A stretch of 27,045 nucleotides of DNA. Source: Paraspadella gotoi. Lineage: Eukaryota > Animalia > Chaetognatha. Below are positions 13,241 through 23,284 of this stretch, in pieces. A model generated the notes under the pieces. The model searched no databases, was not told the DNA's origin, and worked only from the letters and a program-made list of their open reading frames with translations. The DNA lies in contig CM119264.1 of the NCBI GenBank assembly GCA_051294375.1, forward strand, positions 29,343,436 to 29,370,480. Direction: 5' to 3'. Every line of letters begins with the position of its first letter. The stretch's first letter is position 1. Made by a program: the position numbers and the translations under genes.

Positions 13241-13522
13241 AACACAAAAACAATGTATCAGATTGTATTATAGAGATTATAAATGGGCTTAAATATTTTC
13301 ATTATGTGATAATCCTTTCTTTTCGTTGTTTTTAATTTTTGAGAAAGCAAAGTATTTTTTATCCGTCACCCCTGTCACAAAAGTGGCAAGAACGGACAAC
13401 CGCCCGCCTCGCCAGCAGGCGAGAAGAGGGCAGCCGGCAGGCGTATCAGGCCAAAGAGACATAAGAGTGGCCCTGGGGATCTTTCCGCAATGATAGATTC
13501 CCATCAATTCACCAGTTCGGTC
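13241..13522 (+). repeat. Inverted copy of 15236-15512 (PLE fragment plus flank), ending at a 10-N gap
   Basis: CAATGTATCAGATTGTATTATAGAGATT...ACCAGTTCGGTC is the reverse complement of 15236-15512 apart from single-base indels. Confidence 0.75.
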
Positions 13523-13849
13523 NNNNNNNNNNCCGACACACCTACTTATTATGAATTATGGAGCCCCACAAAAAATAATAAAAACTATTTATCAAGATTT
13601 TTAATTCATGATCAATATTATTCCACATCGTGAAATAAAATTTTTTCATTTAAGATTTGTAATTAATAATCATCAGTTTGTAGATTGCCTATGATGAACT
13701 TACCTTGTTAAGCAGAGGCTGACGGTTTGAGAGACAAAGTGAGCAAAACTTTATATCTAGCTCAATCACATACTTTTCTACCCATACACAAAATTTTATT
13801 CCAATCCATCTATTTAATTACAAATAATTAGAGTTTAATGCTAATATAG

Positions 13850-14293
13850 GATTGACTTAAAGTTGATTGAATTATGTAAGTTGATTAAATTATAAAAGTT
13901 TACCAAAGATAAAAGTTTACCAAATGATGAAAGTTTACCAATTTATAAAGTTCACCTAATTATAAAAGTTAAGAAAATTATGAAGGTTAACCAAATTAAG
14001 TAAATTGACTAAATTATAAAAAAATTTGTTGTCAAAACAAATAAAAATTGTTTTTCTCCTAATGCCCCAACAACGAAAATCGATAGTCTATACATAATGT
14101 CTATCAAAAAAATTACCAAACTTTGCTAGTTGACCAAATTGTTTAAAGTTAACCAAATTATCAAAGTTTACCAAATTATAAAAGTTTACCAAATTCTAAA
14201 AGTTGACTAATTATATTAGTTGACCAAATTATTTCAGGTGACCAAATGTGTCATTTGACTAAATTATGTAAGTTGACCAAATTATGCAAGTTG
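13850..14293. repeat. Degenerate 18-bp minisatellite of the same family as 25697-26095
   Basis: Units such as AGTTGACCAAATTATGCA and AGTTTACCAAATTATAAA. Adjacent 13746-13832 is a reverse-complement match to about 25305-25402. Confidence 0.75.
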
Positions 14294-14586
14294 GTATTGG
14301 TACAGCTATTGGTCCATTGATTGATTAATAGAAGTGAAAAATATTAATTTTTATATTTTATTATAATGAAAGATGAAAAAAAATAGATAGAGAGAAGAGA
14401 GAGAGAGAAAAGAGGGAGAGAAAGAGAGAGAAGGAGAAGAAGGAAGAGAGAGATAGGAGGGAGAGAGAGCCGTTCCAGGGGGCAAGAAAATCCATCCCCC
14501 TGGGGGGTGGCCCCGGGGGGAAATGTTTTTCTAGCCCCAGGGGGATTCCCCCTGGAGTGGCNNNNNNNNNNNNNNNNNNNNNNNNN

Positions 14587-14710
14587 GTTTTTTTAAATTA
14601 TTACAACGATTTTTTTTTTTATTAAGAGACGGACATGTTTCGGCTTGTTGGCTTCAAGCCTTCATCAGCATTTGACATTCATTAAAAATTTTGTGTAAAG
14701 GAAGAGTGTA

Positions 14711-14766
<56 letters not shown>

Positions 14767-15445
14767 GAGAGGAAAAGAGAGAGAGGGGTAAAAGTTTTCC
14801 AACAAAGTGGTGAGACAGAATAGGGTCAGATGTAAAGGTTAGGGCAGATTGAGTGAGTTGTGAAAAAGAAGAGAGAACTTGTTAGAGAGAGGAAAGAAAG
14901 AGAGAGAGAGAGAGAAAACAACAGGGATAAATAAATAATAAGATACATTTTTGCAATGTTACAACAGCAGATAAAGTTTTGAAAAAAAACTAATATTGGT
15001 GAAATTTGATATACAAATAGTGAAAAATAAACAATTAGCTAAGGATAGTTAGGTGAAATTTGAAATGTGAAAGAAAGTAGCTTTTTATAATTTTAGGTGA
15101 TAATTAAGAGACTAAGGAAAGTAAAATTAAAAGAAAGGAGAGCTCAAAATAAGCTGGCCCCCCTTGTTTTCATGCAATGAAGGAAAGGACGATGAATGAC
15201 AGGTCATTGGCGTGTCAGTGCTGAGAGGAGAGTACGACCGAACTGGTGAATTGGATGAATCTATCATTGCGGAAAGATCCCAGGGCCACTCTTATGTCTC
15301 TTTGGCCTGATACGCCTGCCGGTTGCCCTCTTCTCGCCTGCTGCGCGAGGCGGGCGGTTGTCCGTTCTTGCCACTTTTGTGGACAGGGTGACGGATAAAA
15401 AAAATACTTTTGCTTTCTGCAAATTACCAACGAAAAGAAGGATTA
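14587..15445 (-). mobile_element. Truncated Penelope-like element (related subfamily) in an intron of the Tha p 2-like gene
   Basis: Same order as the 23-kb element: GC-rich ORF-end remnant, (CT)n tracts, shared AAAGTTT(T)CCAACAAAG, hammerhead, AATAAA. It is cut by a 25-N gap. Confidence 0.7.
14629..14671 (-). ncRNA. Minimal type I hammerhead ribozyme (PLE-type, divergent subfamily)
   Basis: Minus strand ATG-CTGATGA-A-GGCTTG(aagccaa)CAAGCC-GAAA-CATG-TC-CGT. The core is the same as in the 23-24 kb copies, and stems I and II differ in sequence but still pair. It is followed by AATAAA...ATCGTTGTAA as in those copies. Confidence 0.85.
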
Positions 15446-15682
15446 TCACATAATGAAAAATCTTAAGCCATTATTAATCTCTATAATACAATCTGATACA
15501 TTGTTTTGTGTTTAAAATACTTTGCTTTCTCAAAAATATATTCATTTAAATATAAAAAAACGAATAATCATTGTGCGAGATCGATCAATCGATCGATCGA
15601 TAAATAAATAAATAATTAAATAAATTAATTAATTAATTAATTAATCATTAATTCAATCAATCATCTCTGCAATCTATTACAG

Positions 15683-15890
15683 ATACACGGAAAGGACAAA
15701 GCTCCGGATACAAAGACGATGGAAGGCCTTGCCCATCTGGCTCTTCCAAAGTCTTTGGTCGGGGCGCCGTCAGTCTTGAAGGATCTTCGCATGAAACTGG
15801 AGGACGAGAAGAGTTCGATGCCTTGGCTGAATGTGATTAATGTGGAGAAGAAGGAGATGAAAAAGAAGAGGGTGAAGAAAGTCAGAGATT
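15683..15890 (+). CDS. Second coding exon of Tha p 2-like secreted protein (IHGKDKAPD...KKKRVKKVRD)
   Basis: Acceptor CTATTACAG| at 15682 (phase 0); donor T|GTGAGT at 15891 (phase 1). The exon ends in a basic cluster that may be a proprotein-convertase site. Confidence 0.8.
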
Positions 15891-16127
15891 GTGAGTTGTT
15901 TGCGGGGGGGGGATCAGAAAGGACCGATTGTAAACCCCACCCTTTAAATTTTCTTAACTCCTCACCAACCCCGCCAATTTAGGCGGGGGAGGGGGAAGGG
16001 GGGCTGAAGGAAAGAAAAAGATAGAAAATGTTGGGATAAATTGCCAAAAAAATGTAATGGAGGTAAAAATATCAGCCTTATTTTCCAATAGTGCCCCAAT
16101 ACGGCTTAAATTTTTAATAAGTTTGAA

Positions 16128-16373
16128 GTGAAGAGACAGTAATCATTACTGTAATGGTTGTTATGTGTTAGTGACAGAACCATTCAATATAAGCAGTCCC
16201 TGAGCTTCGGATCAGGCTGTAACACCATGTTACAGGCGGGTTAAGCACCCGTCCCTCTTAACTGCTAGGCGGCTACCGGGCTAGAACCCCGGACCTTTGG
16301 GTTGGGAGGCGAATGACTTGCCTCCGGCACCAATGGCCGCTGAAGAACGGTTGGTGGATTTTAGTCCACCGTA
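16128..16373. mobile_element. Second, inverted copy of the 2045-2331 element, in an intron
   Basis: GTGAAGAGACAGT...AAGCAGTCCCTGAGCTTCGGATCAGG...GGTGGATTTTAGTCCACC is a close reverse complement of about 2093-2330. Confidence 0.7.
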
Positions 16374-16546
16374 GAAGTTTATTTTGGGGTTTAAGGATAG
16401 GGGATAGGTTAGGGGTTAGGGATTAGGGGTTAGGGATTAGGGATTTTATTTGAGATTTGGTTAGGAACTATGGTTAGAGAAGAAACAAATGATGAAAAAG
16501 AAAAACAAAAAAAGAAACAAATGATTGAAATTCTTTTTCCTCTCAG

Positions 16547-16672
16547 TGGAAGCGTACCGTGCCTATCGATCCAAAGACGATGAGCCCAAGATCAACGTTT
16601 GGCCTAATCATTGCTACTCCGGTTGGGCTAAGCACCAGTGCCGTCTCGGCTGGCGATTTGGATGTCAGGAAG
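16547..16672 (+). CDS. Third coding exon of Tha p 2-like secreted protein (LEAYRAYR...NHCYSGWAKHQCRLGWRFGCQEG)
   Basis: Acceptor TTTTTCCTCTCAG| at 16546 and donor AAG|GTGAGA at 16673. Phases 1/1 fit the neighbouring exons and there are no stops. Confidence 0.85.
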
Positions 16673-16773
16673 GTGAGAATCGTTTGTGAAATGAACAAAG
16701 TGACCAATTCTTTCGTGATTGTGACTCTGTAAGCAAATAATTTAAGTGAAAATCCTCACTACTTCACAATCAG

Positions 16774-16898
16774 GTCTTTGCTGGACCCAATGTCATTGGG
16801 CTTGGATCACGAAAGGCGCCGCCGAATGGTGTTGGGCTGGAAAACCCAACGACACCGACGGAGACAAGAAACATAGCAAGGCTTACGTGTTTTGCAAG
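16774..16898 (+). CDS. Fourth coding exon of Tha p 2-like secreted protein (LCWTQCHWAWITKGAAEWCWAGKPND...AYVFCK)
   Basis: Acceptor AATCAG| at 16773 and donor AAG|GTGAGG at 16899. It carries the CW.QC...EWC[WY]...YV.C motif. Confidence 0.85.
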
Positions 16899-17040
16899 GT
16901 GAGGGGAGATCCAAACTCACTAAAGCGAATAGTAGATCATGAACAAACTTGTACGTGTGAACATTTTTAAATTAAAAAAAAAATTATTTTTATTTTTCAA
17001 TTTTTGCATACACTCATATTTATACATAGTACTCGGTACT

Positions 17041-18194
17041 CACCATAGAAAATGTCAAAATTTTAAAAGATTTTTTCTTATTTTTAAAAGCAGATTCGAA
17101 TTCCTAATGAAAAGTTGATAGAAGGAATTATAATTCTTTTTAGAAAATTATTTGATTAAGAGGAAAGGTCATTCAGCATAACAATACGTAATCATTGATG
17201 TGGTTAGGGCTAATATATCGAGAAATACATTATAGTCATCAGTATTCACAAAAAAATAAGTTCTTATTTATTTGTGTTCATTCTGTTTTCAATAATTTTT
17301 TTTTTTTAAATCGGTAAATAACAAATTGTTAAGTTTAAATGGTAAAGCACATTTTTTTAAAGTATTTGTTTTTCAATCTGGTTGTTAAAAAAATTCTAGG
17401 TAAGAAGTTAAAACACGGATGGGATAGTTTAGAAGGGGAGAAATTAAACAATTAATCCTCGTTAACTCTGTTGGTTTTCTAGTCATGACAAAATCTTCAG
17501 TTAAATAGATGGTAAAGAAATTCGAGGGCTACAATAATCTACACTGAATTTTGAAGAAGTTGCAGCCTAAACGACTGCAATAATATTGAATTAAAAATTT
17601 GATTAGCAATCTTAAAACATTTGTAAAAATGTAATAGAGAGACATTTTGATAAACGCGTTCCAGTTAGAAAGAATTCAGGGTTAAAGTTTAAAAAACGTT
17701 TCATTTTCAAGGATACAAGTTGAAATTTAAAAATGTCTCTCTATTACATTTTTCTAATTCAGTAATAAAAGAATTCATAAAAATATCAGATGGATTGGCC
17801 TTTTCGTCTGACCTGCAACTCTTCAGATAGGTTTCTTTTATTTTATATTATAATTAAAACCGATATTAAAATGGGGTAGAATGCATCAAATGCTTAAAGT
17901 GAATACATTTTCGGAATCGCCAAGGAGCTCAGCTTTCTGAATTTGTAACTCCATTTTAGCCTATTTTGAAGTTGAATTGAATGACCCTTTTTCTTAAGTG
18001 GATCAAAATCCTAAAAAAATATTATTATTAACCTATAATTAAATTTTAAGTATAAAAAATATAGTTTTTTTAATTTTTGGCTAACTTAATGTAAGAATTT
18101 TTGGTTAAGACTTCTATAAACTTTTACAAGGAATTCGAATTTGCTTTCAAAACCTAGAAAACATTATTTAAAAATTTTAACATTTTCTATGGTA
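17041..18194. mobile_element. Old non-autonomous DNA transposon (MITE-like) with degenerate long TIRs, in the last intron
   Basis: ACCATAGAAAATGTCAAAATTTT..AGCAGATTCGAATTCCT..AAAAGTT (17042-17116) is inverted against AACTTTT..AGGAATTCGAATTTGCT..AAAATTTTAACATTTTCTATGGT (18119-18193). Also AAGAGGAAAGGTCATTCA vs TGAATGACCCTTTTTCTT. Confidence 0.55.
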
Positions 18195-18391
18195 AAATTT
18201 TTTTTTATATATCAATGTTCTTTAGTCCAGGACTGTTCATGATTAACTATTCGAATTTTGATCTGCAACTTCACTACGCCTTATTGAAGCTTCATCTCTG
18301 CTTCCTCCTCTCCCGCCATTCTCCCATCTCTCGTCTCGTCTTCGTGCTCGTCATCTTGACTAATGAATTACAACGTGCACTTTTTCTCCAG

Positions 18392-18457
18392 ACCGACGAC
18401 GATTGCCTGGATGTGCGCGCCTATCGCCTCGATTGCAAATCTATGTGCACGCTGTGA
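18392..18457 (+). CDS. Last coding exon of Tha p 2-like secreted protein (TDDDCLDVRAYRLDCKSMCTL*)
   Basis: Acceptor TTTTTCTCCAG| at 18391 (phase 0). It completes the C...D.DC.....C...C ending, with TGA at 18455-18457 and AATAAA at about 18602. Total CDS is 1101 nt (366 aa plus stop). Confidence 0.85.
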   Translation, partial: TDDDCLDVRAYRLDCKSMCTL

Positions 18458-18533
18458 TCCATGCGTGCACGCTGTGATCCATGCGTGCACGCTGTGATCC
18501 ATGCGTGCACGCTGTGATCCATGCGTGCACGCT
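18443..18533 (+). repeat. 20-bp tandem repeat (TGCACGCTGTGATCCATGCG, about 4.5 copies) overlapping the stop codon
   Basis: Directly visible. Each unit junction contains the palindrome GCGTGCACGC. Confidence 0.9.
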
Positions 18534-19471
18534 AAGATTCATAAGTGCAAGTTGTTAGGAGTTGATCGTCTGGGTTTGAGCAGAAAGAAAGCGGGAAACG
18601 AAATAAACCAAAATAACCAAAATGAATCCCGTTCAATTTTTTTTTTTTAATTTCAGGGAAAAAATGAGGATAACGATTTAATTTTTAATAAAATTCATCT
18701 TTTTACCGGGTGGTATTTCGGCCTTGCTGTGTTTTTCTTTTTTAGTCCGTTAGATTTTTAGTACTTAAATTGTTAAGTATATGTGAAGCTTAAAAGCAAA
18801 ATAAACCTCTTAGCGTAAGTAAGATTATTGATTAGTTGATCCCATATCGATGTTTTTCGTTTTACGCGAGAAACTTTATCGGATTGGGAGAGATTATCTA
18901 AGTGCTCTCATGGAATTCTCGATAATGAAGCCAATAAAAATGGAAATTTAAATCCGCGAGAAATAAAAAGTCAAGAAAAAAAAAGATTGAAAAACTGGAA
19001 AGGAAAAATGAGAGAAAAGCGAAGAAAAAAAGAAAAAGAAATACATCGTAGTTTTCAGTAATCACAATCAAAATAAGTTTCTATTTATATGTAAAAATTT
19101 TGTTTTAAATCTTTTTTTTAAAATCGGTTTACAAATAACAAAATTGCCAAGTTAAATCAATAAGCACATTTTTTAAAGACTTGTTTTTCAATCTGGTTTT
19201 TAAAAAAATTATTGGTAAGAAGTTAAAACACGGTAAAGGCAAATTTAGAAGGGGAGAGTTAAACAATTAATCTTGTTACTCTGTTGGTTTTTCAGTTGTG
19301 AACAAAATGTTTAGTTAAATAGATGGTAAAGAAATTCGAGCTACAATGAATTTACACTGAATTTGAAGAGTTGTCTCTCTATTACATTTTTCTAATTCTG
19401 TAATAGAAAATTCATAAAAAATATAAGATGGATTGGCTTTTTCGTTTGACCTGCAACTCTTCAGATAGGTT

Positions 19472-19640
19472 AAAAACCAACCCTGGATGGCCGTAAGCCG
19501 CCTTGGGGGCGTGGAAAACCCCCATGCCTGGTTCCAAGCCCAGGACCCGTTCCATGGCTGCTAGAGGGGGTTAAAGAAGTTGTGGATAGCACTCTTCAGA
19601 GCCACTTTGCTCCTTATCCACACTTCAAGCTGAGTTGACT
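19472..19640 (+). other. GC-rich structured island (twister-like or tRNA T-arm-like fold; possibly a SINE or retroelement end)
   Basis: Hairpins TGGGGG/CCCCCA (19504-19524), CCTGG-TTCCAAGC-CCAGG (19527-19544) and GAAG-T-TGTGGATA/TATCCACA-CTTC sit in an AT-rich background. Confidence 0.4.
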
Positions 19641-20450
19641 TTTTTTTCCTTGTGAAACTTGAGATTTACCAGCGTTTAAGTTGATCTAATGATTAAAAAT
19701 ATATTTAATACAATACAAAATGAATGGCATTACAAAAAAGAAAGTAGAGACGAAAAAGAGGGAAGAGGAGGAGGAGGAAGAGGAGGAGGAAGGGGAAGTG
19801 AAGTGGGAAAGAACGATGATGGAATTAGAAAATGATCAATACTGTTTAGGATTGGAGATGAAAAGACTGATGGATGACAGACAGACAAGATGTGAGGTTG
19901 ATGAAAGAGATTATGGGCAATTCAGGTGAAAGACATTGAAAAGAGGCCATCTGCAGAAAGATAAACTGATGGCAGACATTTTCGAATTAAATTTGCAGAT
20001 GGAATCGGAACCAAAAACGTAATCGGATCCGCGACTCGGTTGAAATCCACCAAGGACTCGCTGATTGGATGAATCACCATCGGAATGGACCAATCATTGG
20101 TCCAATGAGAAGAGGGGCTTCCGGAATAAACGATTTATCTCGTAGAAAGTCAATTTCACACTTCTGGTGACTCGAAGTGACCTTAGTCACCAAGTTCCCT
20201 GTCACAGAACTACAGTGAAGCCTCCCTCGACGGTTGACCTCTCTCTTTTTATATTGCAAAAAAAAACCGATTATTCGAGTAATAAGCAAAGAACAAATAA
20301 CTGCATTTTTTTTTTGACAATCGACGACGACGACAATGGTGACGACCACGACGACTGAGGCTTCACTTTAGTTCGGTGAGAAGGATCTTTGTGACTAAGG
20401 TCATCTAAATGTCTGATGTAAATTTGAGCCACCAGAGTCAAAACTTTCGT

Positions 20451-21559
20451 CTAAAGATCGAATGAGATGATGTAGTTCGGATGGTGACGATATCTTCTTT
20501 CGACGCATCCCCCAACGCAGACGAGATGAGTCGCGCGTTTCTCTTTCGTCACGACGATCGCTCGATGATGAGACAACCCTTCATCGTCGCCGCAGAATTC
20601 GGAAGGAAGATTCTGAATTTTTTGGAAACTCGAGTCTTTGACGTTAAAAACGAAGATTTCTTTGGAGTGACCGGAAGGAGTTCCGCCGCCGACGAGAAGG
20701 AGTTGAGAGGCGGAGACGGGGGAGAGGGTGTGAAAGCCAATGGCGGCGGGAAGACCGAACCTCAACGACGACCAACTGTGACTTTTCATGTTCAAAACGT
20801 GAAAATCGTCTAAAGGATTATCCTCACAACTGCCTCCGTGAATGTAAACTTTTTCTTTCAGTCGAGCGACAGCAAAGTATGAGCGAGGTGAAGGCGATCG
20901 ACCATTTGTCGGAAAATGAGAGAAACAATTAATCTCCGGATCAAATTCAATTAACTGATTGTTATAAAACATTCCTGGCTTTGACGTTTTTTCAACCCAA
21001 TCTCCGCCTTCTCCCTTTGGGCCGAGTCCTCCCAGGAAATAAAGTTTTCCCTCGAAACTCCAGCCCTGGTGGCCGAATCTGGCTGAAGGGACTTCGCCTA
21101 TGGGAATGAGGCGCTTGAATTCGCCAGAGGGAGAGAGAGAGAAGATTTCGTTGGTTGGCTCGTAAAAGCCTCTGTCGCCGCCAAATAAGTAAATCAGTTT
21201 TTCTATAACAGCGAAAGCGGCATATATTATCCCTGATGGAATGTCGCCAGTTTCTTGAATTCGTTGCCAGCGAAGATCGTGAGAATCGACTTCGGCGACA
21301 AAGACGACGTTTTTGGGAAGAAATAAATGTTTGCCCGAATTATGTTGAACTCCACCCCAGAATAAGATTTTCCCATCGACTTCGGCGGCGACGAATCCAA
21401 CGCCGATAAAGAATCTCTTTGCTGTCGACCAATCATCGTATCGGAGGCGATCGAGGGAAGGAGACTTAAGGATTGGCGGAGCGAATATGAGTGAAGAGTG
21501 AAGAGGAAGTTCGAGGCTTTCTTGGAAGATTGGCTCATCCGTGTTGACGTCCGGCGGGG
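20451..21559 (-). CDS. Exon 2 of HEPN-coiled coil-Kelch protein: six Kelch repeats (KLHDC/HCF-like beta-propeller)
   Basis: The acceptor TTTTTTAACAG| at 21560 is phase-compatible with exon 1. The frame is open for 1109 nt to the stop at 20451 and includes the listed ORF 20451..20972. Six hydrophobic-GG Kelch motifs: ILFWGG, IYLFGG, LYFLGG, VYIHGG, LLLVGG, LVCVGG, with linkers TGDIPSG, GEVPSARFGH, GRSPSPRSYF. Total CDS is 1938 nt (645 aa plus stop). Confidence 0.9.
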
Positions 21560-21699
21560 CTGTTAAAAAAAGGAACTTTTATTAAATTTAAGATTTTAAA
21601 AATGAGTAAATAAAATTTAAAAGAAAAGAAAATATGTAAGGTAAACAAATTCTATCAACAAAAGTTTAAAGGAAAAATAGAAGAAATAAAGAAAAAAAT

Positions 21700-21700
21700 A

Positions 21701-21796
<96 letters not shown>

Positions 21797-21802
21797 GAAA
21801 GA
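21700..21802. repeat. (AAAG)n microsatellite in the intron of the HEPN-Kelch gene
   Basis: Directly visible. Confidence 0.9.
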
Positions 21803-21924
21803 AGTAAATTTTAAAAAAAGGAAAAAAATACGAATGAAAAAATTATTAAAAGAAAAAAAGAGAAAAAATGGCTAAATAGATATCAAGCAAGGAAAAATTG
21901 TTAATATAGCTTCAGTAAATATAC

Positions 21925-22753
21925 CTGAAATGGCAGGCTGCCCTCTGGATGCCGGCGGATGAGGTTGTAAAGGCAAAAGCGACTGTTCAGGCGCCTGATT
22001 CAAAGTTCCATCTGAAAGTGGAGGCAAAGGCGCTTCATCCTCCAAGCCTTGGATGATCTTGTCGGTTTGCAACTGACTTCTTTCCAACATCTTTCTCAGT
22101 TCCCTCGCATCCATCTGAGCCTTGGCAACTTTCTCCTTCAGGCTGGAATATCTTCTTTCCACTTCCTCCAATCGACCCGCGTCCAACTGACCCATTCTGA
22201 CTCGTTCCAAATGATTGAGCCATTGCATCTTCAGTCCCGGAAAATCTTGGAACATTTTCTCCACGACGTTTTTCTTGAGAAACTCGAATCGTTCGTAACA
22301 TTCGATGTCGTCTATCCCGGTTCCGTCGTCGTGAGCGATGTCGTTGCGCTTGCTTCTCAAATGATTGCTGGCGTCTCTCACGTGACGTCGCGTGACTTTC
22401 TTGTCGACGACGTGAGCGAAAAATGTCACGTCTCCTTTTTCAAGAATCGGAATGAATTTCTCGCTTATGACGTCCGATTTTTTCTTTTGTCCTTTGAAGA
22501 ACCGATAGTTGGTGATAGCTTCTTCGTAATTTTCGTCGCACCAAGACTTCCAGAGTTGACCGTCGTCCCAATCTCTGTTCGTCTCTTCCGGCAGAAGCGC
22601 GCCGAATAAAGATTTGTACATCGCGGGTCCGTCGATCAAAATGGCGCCGGTGTAGCGAAGATGGTTCACGCGTGGGGGCGTGTAGGGATTGCAGGTGGCT
22701 GCGGTGGCTGCGGCTGCGGCGCCGGCCGCTGCCCCGGAGGCTGCGGCTGCCAT
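21925..22753 (-). CDS. Exon 1 of HEPN-coiled coil-Kelch protein (poly-Ala N-terminus, DZIP3-type HEPN-like domain about aa 28-191, coiled coil about aa 194-238, Pro-rich linker)
   Basis: 829-nt open frame from ATG 22753 (MAAAASG...) ending at donor TTTCAG|GTAT (phase 1). It contains N30-HLRY..LIDG, G-D108-VTFF, L-R-S-K-R136-N-D-I-A-H141 (R-x4-H; nt 22348-22331), GIDDIECYERF and LERVRMGQLD, matching my recollection of the DZIP3-like HEPN pattern. A heptad-like stretch RLEEVERRYSSLKEKVAKAQMDARELRKMLE follows. Confidence 0.85.
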
Positions 22754-22862
22754 GTCGAGGGTCGCAGAGGGAAGGAATGAGATCTGCCGACGATTGAGGG
22801 AGTGTTCAATGAAAAAGGAAGAGGAAGAGGAGAAAAAGGGGAGGAACCCGATAAAGATACAC

Positions 22863-22868
<6 letters not shown>

Positions 22869-22950
<82 letters not shown>
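22869..22950. repeat. (GA)n microsatellite upstream of the HEPN-Kelch ATG (similar tracts at 10130-10240, 10896-10987, 14710-14785)
   Basis: Directly visible. Confidence 0.9.
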
Positions 22951-22957
<7 letters not shown>

Positions 22958-23154
22958 CAGAGAGACAGAGAAAGGGAACCGGCACGTTATTACTATATAG
23001 GAAAAAAGTATATCACATTTTGAATAAAGGATATCTATTCGAAAATTTTGTTAGATTTATAAAAAAAATCCATGGTATATCCTTTCTTTTCGTTGTTGTA
23101 TAGAGATTTACAAGGAAATTTGAATTGTTACAACGATTTTATTATTAATAAGTT

Positions 23155-23198
23155 GCAGACATGTTTCGACTCAGAGATTTTCGAGTCTTCATCAGCGC
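23155..23198 (-). ncRNA. Minimal type I hammerhead ribozyme (PLE-type)
   Basis: Exact reverse complement of 24244-24287. Confidence 0.85.
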
Positions 23199-23241
23199 TT
23201 TTGACAGTTGTGAATAATGGGACAATTTGTGAGTTAAAGAA

Positions 23242-23284
<43 letters not shown>

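Larger units (their letters stand above)
17225..19471. repeat. Dispersed direct repeat pair: about 17225-17833 and about 19045-19471
   Basis: Shared blocks TTTTTCAATCTGGTT, GGTAAGAAGTTAAAACACGG, AGTTAAATAGATGGTAAAGAAATTCGAG and GACCTGCAACTCTTCAGATAGGTT. The second copy lacks about 170 bp. Confidence 0.75.

Noticed and set aside
21227-21538. 103-aa minus-strand ORF MSQSSKK...
   Set aside because: Alternative frame inside Kelch exon 2; the Kelch frame is the one with motifs.
22049-22609. 186-aa plus-strand ORF, and 20481-20813
   Set aside because: Antisense shadows of the HEPN-Kelch exons with no recognisable motifs.
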